Assembly: GCA_973895155.1 (NCBI GenBank)
Contig: OZ316893.1
Coordinates: forward strand, 16,646,645-16,710,644
From: Marsupella aquatica
Taxonomy: Eukaryota; Plantae; Marchantiophyta
DNA length: 64,000 nt
Direction: 5' to 3'
Shown piece after piece: positions 59,353 through 64,000 of this stretch. A program made the translations under genes and the position numbers. The notes beneath the pieces were generated by a model. The model made no database searches, was not told the DNA's origin, and worked only from the letters and a program-made list of their open reading frames with translations. Numbering within the stretch: position 1 is the stretch's first letter; every line of letters begins with the position of its first letter.

Positions 59353-62300
59353 TCAAGAAGTTCTGTCTTCCTGGTTACTGAACTGTGCAACGGCCTCCTT
59401 GTGTTGTGGAAATGTGGCAGGTTGCCAAGTTTTCCCCATCCGTTTCTTGATCTCCGCTCCTTGCTTTGGCAGTTTGAAAAGCTCCTGAAGCTTCCGAGGA
59501 TTCGTCTTAATGACTTGGCCCCTACATATTCCCTGATTTTCGGTGGGTTTCCACGTGGTGATGAACTCGTTGTAGTCCTTTGCTTGTAGCTTCATGGTTT
59601 GATTCCACTTTAGTTTCACGAATTTCTCCAATCCTTGTGTCTGTAGAAATTTCCTGTGTGCTTGTCCGCGCATAGTTTGCAATATTTGTGGCCCCATTCT
59701 CTCAAATTTCAAAACATGACTTGTTTCCCCTGGACTCGCCTTTGCGGCGCGCGTCGCCTTCTCGGTCCTACTTTTTGCTTCTTCTGCTGGTTCTTCTTCT
59801 TCCTCACTATCGGATTCTTCCGGTTCTTCCTCCTCGTATTCGACTATTTTGCTCTTTCCCCTTACGGATCGCACCTCCCTCATCGTTGGCGGCTCAAGTT
59901 TAATCGTTTTGGCTGTCCCCTTGCGGTTCCTCTTGGTCCTAGAAGGAGTCATTTCCTCAATTATCGCTGTGGTGACCGCCGTGATCGCTTTCGTGGGATC
60001 TGGGTTGGCTAACAATTCTGCCATGGTCAGCTTCCGTCTCCCTTCTCGTTGAAGTTCGTTCAGCTGGTTTCCCTGTTGTTCTTCTGTTTGCTCGGCCGCT
60101 TGCTCCGTTGGTGCCTCGATTACTGATTCGGTTTGTGTCTCTAGGGTTGGCTCCTCGGCGGGCCCCTGCCCTTCCCTTTTGGCTGTAGTTTCCAAGAGAT
60201 GGTCAGCCGCTGAAGGTCCCTGACTCACGATCTCTTGATCATCTTCGGGGTTGCTCCTTTCCCTTTCCGCTGACTCGGAAACTTCCAGCTCCATGCCATC
60301 TGCTGTTGTCGGCCCTTCTCCCTCTGTGTGCGTGGGGGCTGGTGTCTCCTCCATCGCCGGGGTTTCGAGTAGTTCACTGATAGTAACGCGCTTCCTCGGT
60401 TTATTGTCCTCAAACTCGTTTGATCGTTTCAGCTTCAAAGTCTTCATGCCCACCGGTAATATGTAATGCCTATTACCGACCCTCGACCATTCGAATTTCA
60501 CCTCGCGCTGATAGCCACTCCACTCGGGGTTCTCTCGTAATCTCCTTGCCAGTCGGAAATAGGGTTTTTGGTTTAACAGTTCTTTTGCGGATGATGGTGC
60601 TCGCCCTTTGGATTCTAGTGTATCCTGAACTTCTAGTATAACATGTAATTTTCCCGTGGAGTAGTCCTCAATACAGGGTATCGAGTTGGGTCCTATCAAA
60701 ATCCGATCTGCAATCCATGTGGAAAAGGGTCCGTGTGTACATCCTACGATTACTACTCTATAAGGAAACCTTCTCCTCCTCTCTTCCTGGCCTTTGGGTA
60801 ATTTGTGCTTCCAATCGTGGATCTGAAAGATTTCAAATAGGTCCTCCTCCGCTAGAACCACTGACTTGATTTGACCTGATTCCGTTGGTTCATTTGATGG
60901 AATGGTTCCGTTCACGTAATCCTCTAACGGGTACCCCTTGATCGTTAGTTCTCGTCCTTGTTCATTGGTGCTTTCTTCTCGTCGTAGTGTGTCACGTGTG
61001 GTGGTCGCGACTAGCTTCTTTGCGTGTGCTAAGGGTCGTTCCTTGTTCTTGGCGGTGAGTGCCCCTCTGGTGGCTTCCGTAGATGCTTGATCGGGGGTCA
61101 CGCTGATATAGGCTACCATTCTAGTGGGTAGCTCGTACCCTTCTCCATCCGCTTGATTCTCGTTAGGTGGTGTTGTCGGCAGTTGATAGCTGTCGTCGTC
61201 CTCGTTGAGCGCCGGTACCGTATCGGAGTCATTGCCGACTTCGCTTTCCCCTGGGTAGTCGTTAACCGTATCCTCTACTTCTCGTAAGTACACGTCGTTC
61301 CTTACGTGGTATGACTTCATCTTATTCCCGTTCACCCGCTGTTGCTCGCTCCCATCCTGGCTGGTAATTTCGAAGGTTCCGTTTCCCCACGCCTTGAGGA
61401 TGGTAAAGGGTCCTTCCCATTTAAGTCTCAACTTTCCTCTTTTTATTTGTGCCCGCTTTCGGCACCACAGTACTAATTCCCCCTCCGTGAACGTGGTTAC
61501 CTCCCGTTGATCGTCTATTCGTCGCTTGCGTTGTCCTTGTACATACTCTAATCGTTCTTCGGCCCTTCTCCGGGTTTCGGTAACCTCCAATAGTGCTTTT
61601 AACCGTCTAGTTAAACACGGGTTCTGATTTATGTCGTATCTCGCTGCGATTTGCAAACTAGGTAATTCATAGTCTGTCGGCATACGGGCCTCAACTCCAA
61701 ACATTAATTGAAAAGGGGTGTGGCCCGTGGTTACCTTATATGCCGTGCGGAATGCCCATACTGCCGCCGGCAGCTGAACGTCCCAATCGTTTTGCTGTTC
61801 GTTAACCACTTTCCGTAAAACGTTGAGTAAGACTTTGTTTGTTGACTCCGCTTGCCCGTTACACTGAGGGTAATAGGGAGTCGAAAACCGATGGCTTATA
61901 TGGTAATTATCCGTCAGTTCCTGGATAACCTTGTTCAGAAAATGTGAACCTTGATCGCTCACTAGCTCACCTGGTAATCCGTATCTCGTGATGATGTTCT
62001 GGTACAAGAACTTGGCTGTTACTCGGGCAGTGTTCTCCCGAGTTGCGACTGCTTCCACCCATTTTGTGGTATACTCTGTTGCTGCTAAAATATACTGGTT
62101 CTGACTATATCTGGAAGATGGAGTGATGGGTCCTATGAAATCTAGTCCCCATTTCTGAAAAATATAAGGGGCGATTATAGGCCTGAACTCCATGTTTTCC
62201 TTTATAGGTCCTGTACGCTGACACAGGTTGCACGTTTTTACAAACTCCCGAGTGTCTTTATGGACAGTTGCCCACCAACATCCTTGCTGAAGAATCTTCC

Positions 62301-62778
62301 TCAGGGTGATCTCGGTGCCGAAATGTCCCCCTCCTAGTCCTTCATCTGCCGCGATTAAGGCTTCTGTCCGTTCTTCCTCCGGAACTACTCTACGTAGTAT
62401 GTCATCGGGCCCCTGGTAATAAAGCACGTGGTTGATCAAGGTGTAGGGTCTTGCCTTATAGGCGTAGAACTTCCTTTCCTTACTGGACAACCCCTCAGGG
62501 AATACCGCTGTACGTAAATACCTTTCTAATGCTGGTTCGTCATCCAAGGTCACTAGATTTACAGGATGCCTTTCCTTGGCGTCTTGAAATAGCTCCATAT
62601 CCGGTAATTGATCGTCTTCTTCCTTGCCTGTCTCTCCTGATTCGAGTCTACTCAAATAATCGGGTATGACATGGGTTTTCCCAGGTTTATAAATGATGGT
62701 GTAATCAAACTCAGCTAATAACAAAATCCATCTTGCAATTCGGCCCGACAGCTGTGGTTTGTTTACTAAGTTGACCAA
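59353..62778 (-). CDS. pol: Element C RNase H end and integrase with a ~650-aa C-terminal extension
   Basis: GGHF…CNLCQ, WGLDFIG, VSDQG, YYPQCNGQAES, WEGPF, then an acidic extension ending in GLEKFVKLKW…EFITTW…RGQVI…LFKLP. Confidence 0.88.
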   Translation of the reverse strand: MVNLVNKPQLSGRIARWILLLAEFDYTIIYKPGKTHVIPDYLSRLESGETGKEEDDQLPDMELFQDAKERHPVNLVTLDDEPALERYLRTAVFPEGLSSKERKFYAYKARPYTLINHVLYYQGPDDILRRVVPEEERTEALIAADEGLGGGHFGTEITLRKILQQGCWWATVHKDTREFVKTCNLCQRTGPIKENMEFRPIIAPYIFQKWGLDFIGPITPSSRYSQNQYILAATEYTTKWVEAVATRENTARVTAKFLYQNIITRYGLPGELVSDQGSHFLNKVIQELTDNYHISHRFSTPYYPQCNGQAESTNKVLLNVLRKVVNEQQNDWDVQLPAAVWAFRTAYKVTTGHTPFQLMFGVEARMPTDYELPSLQIAARYDINQNPCLTRRLKALLEVTETRRRAEERLEYVQGQRKRRIDDQREVTTFTEGELVLWCRKRAQIKRGKLRLKWEGPFTILKAWGNGTFEITSQDGSEQQRVNGNKMKSYHVRNDVYLREVEDTVNDYPGESEVGNDSDTVPALNEDDDSYQLPTTPPNENQADGEGYELPTRMVAYISVTPDQASTEATRGALTAKNKERPLAHAKKLVATTTRDTLRREESTNEQGRELTIKGYPLEDYVNGTIPSNEPTESGQIKSVVLAEEDLFEIFQIHDWKHKLPKGQEERRRRFPYRVVIVGCTHGPFSTWIADRILIGPNSIPCIEDYSTGKLHVILEVQDTLESKGRAPSSAKELLNQKPYFRLARRLRENPEWSGYQREVKFEWSRVGNRHYILPVGMKTLKLKRSNEFEDNKPRKRVTISELLETPAMEETPAPTHTEGEGPTTADGMELEVSESAERERSNPEDDQEIVSQGPSAADHLLETTAKREGQGPAEEPTLETQTESVIEAPTEQAAEQTEEQQGNQLNELQREGRRKLTMAELLANPDPTKAITAVTTAIIEEMTPSRTKRNRKGTAKTIKLEPPTMREVRSVRGKSKIVEYEEEEPEESDSEEEEEPAEEAKSRTEKATRAAKASPGETSHVLKFERMGPQILQTMRGQAHRKFLQTQGLEKFVKLKWNQTMKLQAKDYNEFITTWKPTENQGICRGQVIKTNPRKLQELFKLPKQGAEIKKRMGKTWQPATFPQHKEAVAQFSNQEDRTS

Positions 62779-62952
62779 GGCATTATGATCTACATAGAAT
62801 ATGAATCAATTCCCAAGGAAATAATGCCTAAATTTCTTTACTGCAAATATCATGGCTAATGCTTCCCTCTCAATCGTGGTGTAGTTCCTTTCATGCACGT
62901 TTAACAGTCTACTGGCATAGTATACTGGTAAATCGATACCTTGTTCTCCCTT

Positions 62953-63960
62953 CTATGCTAACACTGCCCCCACCGCCACCAGAGAAGCATCTGTATGTAG
63001 ATGGAACTCCCTCTTCCAATCTGGCTCCTTGAGTATGGGTGCATGGCACAACCGGTCCTTGATTTCTTCAAACGCTTTCTGACAGTCGTCGTCCCAAGTG
63101 AACGTTTGATGGTTACCCGTTAATCGTGCCAACGGGGCACTAATTTGGGAGTAACTCTTGATGTAACGACGATAGAAACCTCCACTTCCCAGGAACCTTC
63201 TGACTTGAGTTGCACTATTGGGAACTGGCATCTCTTTAATGATTTTTATCTTATCTGGGTCTACTAACAAGCCCTGTTTACAAACTATGTGTCCTAATAT
63301 CTTGCCCGATGGTACAAAGAAGGTGCACTTATCAGGGTTCAGGCTGACTCCCCCTTCCCTACATCTTAAGAGGCATAATCTGAGATGACCTATATGTTGC
63401 TCTTCCTCTCCGTATATGGTGAAGTCATCTAGGAAGATTTGCATAAACTGATTCAAATACTCATGAAATAACATCATCATTAATCGCTGGAATGTACTAG
63501 GCCCATTGCATAATCCAAAGGGTAATACGAGACACTGGAAAGCGCCCCATTCCGTAATGAAAGTGGTCAGCTCCCTTGCTTCTGTGGCTAACCAGACCTG
63601 ACTGTACCCGCTGTACCCATCTAAAAATGAGTAAGCTGACTTTCCTGCTACCACATCCAGAACTGCTTCTAGAAAGGGTACCGGAAAAGGGTCTTTTATG
63701 GTCGCTGCGTTTAATTTTCTGAAATCAATGCAGACTCTTAACTTCCCATTTTTCTTAGGTACTACGACTATCGGGGATAGCCACGTATAACGCTTAACAG
63801 GTTCAATGAATTTGGCATCAAGGAGCCTTTGGATTTCTTCTTTTACCTTTTCCGCATAGTTGGGGTTCATCCTATATCGTTGTGTCTGCACCGGTACTGA
63901 TCCTGGTACGAGTCGGATTTGATGTACGCCAATTGACTCTGGAACTCCCTTTAACTCCAT
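62953..63960 (-). CDS. pol: Element C reverse transcriptase / RNase H start (partial; RH has stops)
   Basis: WLSPIVVVPKKNGKLRVCIDFRKLN, LDGYSGY, PFGLCNGP, FLDDF, HTDAS. Confidence 0.93.
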   Translation of the reverse strand: MELKGVPESIGVHQIRLVPGSVPVQTQRYRMNPNYAEKVKEEIQRLLDAKFIEPVKRYTWLSPIVVVPKKNGKLRVCIDFRKLNAATIKDPFPVPFLEAVLDVVAGKSAYSFLDGYSGYSQVWLATEARELTTFITEWGAFQCLVLPFGLCNGPSTFQRLMMMLFHEYLNQFMQIFLDDFTIYGEEEQHIGHLRLCLLRCREGGVSLNPDKCTFFVPSGKILGHIVCKQGLLVDPDKIKIIKEMPVPNSATQVRRFLGSGGFYRRYIKSYSQISAPLARLTGNHQTFTWDDDCQKAFEEIKDRLCHAPILKEPDWKREFHLHTDASLVAVGAVLA

Positions 63961-64000
63961 GTAATCCCAGGCAAAAACATCTCGGAATTCGGCGAGTAGG

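Larger units (their letters stand above)
58238..64000 (-). mobile_element. Ty3/gypsy element C (3' part), inserted in the B 5' LTR
   Basis: Begins TGTTAA where B-LTR identity ends. RT-RH-INT on the - strand and continues beyond the window. Confidence 0.85.

Overview
This is eukaryotic, plant-like repetitive DNA; a non-seed land plant such as a liverwort or moss is my inference from element types and GT-AG introns. No host gene is evident, and the window is a nest of transposons whose borders can be read from target-site duplications (TSDs). (1) An old + strand Ty3/gypsy element X (PBS 1898) has its gag split by two solo LTRs (4061-5122, TSD AGAGA; 5838-10464, TSD AGTTG). (2) A - strand DUF4100/Ylt1-like gypsy element Y (about 10560-47056) received three insertions: a solo LTR (11785-27646, TSD AGCCG), a complete young gypsy A (30554-46103, TSD CCTCT) and gypsy B (from 47057). 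B is itself interrupted by gypsy C (from 58238). (3) An 11.1-kb Mutator-like DNA transposon (12166-23293, TSD GTATGA) sits inside the second large solo LTR. Two things stand out. First, the Mutator-like element has, divergent from its transposase, a spliced gene with a ParB/Srx-like DGNHR domain and a degenerate amino-methyltransferase-like segment. It also carries about 20 copies of the palindrome TAGCGCCNGGCGCTA, essentially confined to its introns and non-coding DNA, making it a candidate ParB/parS-like or VANC-like self-recognition system. Second, families A and B have 4.0-4.7 kb LTRs that are mostly one 880-1215 codon ORF, so each solo LTR is a stand-alone gene cassette; the same domain is fused to integrase in element C. 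All domain calls are from motif recognition by eye, not database searches.
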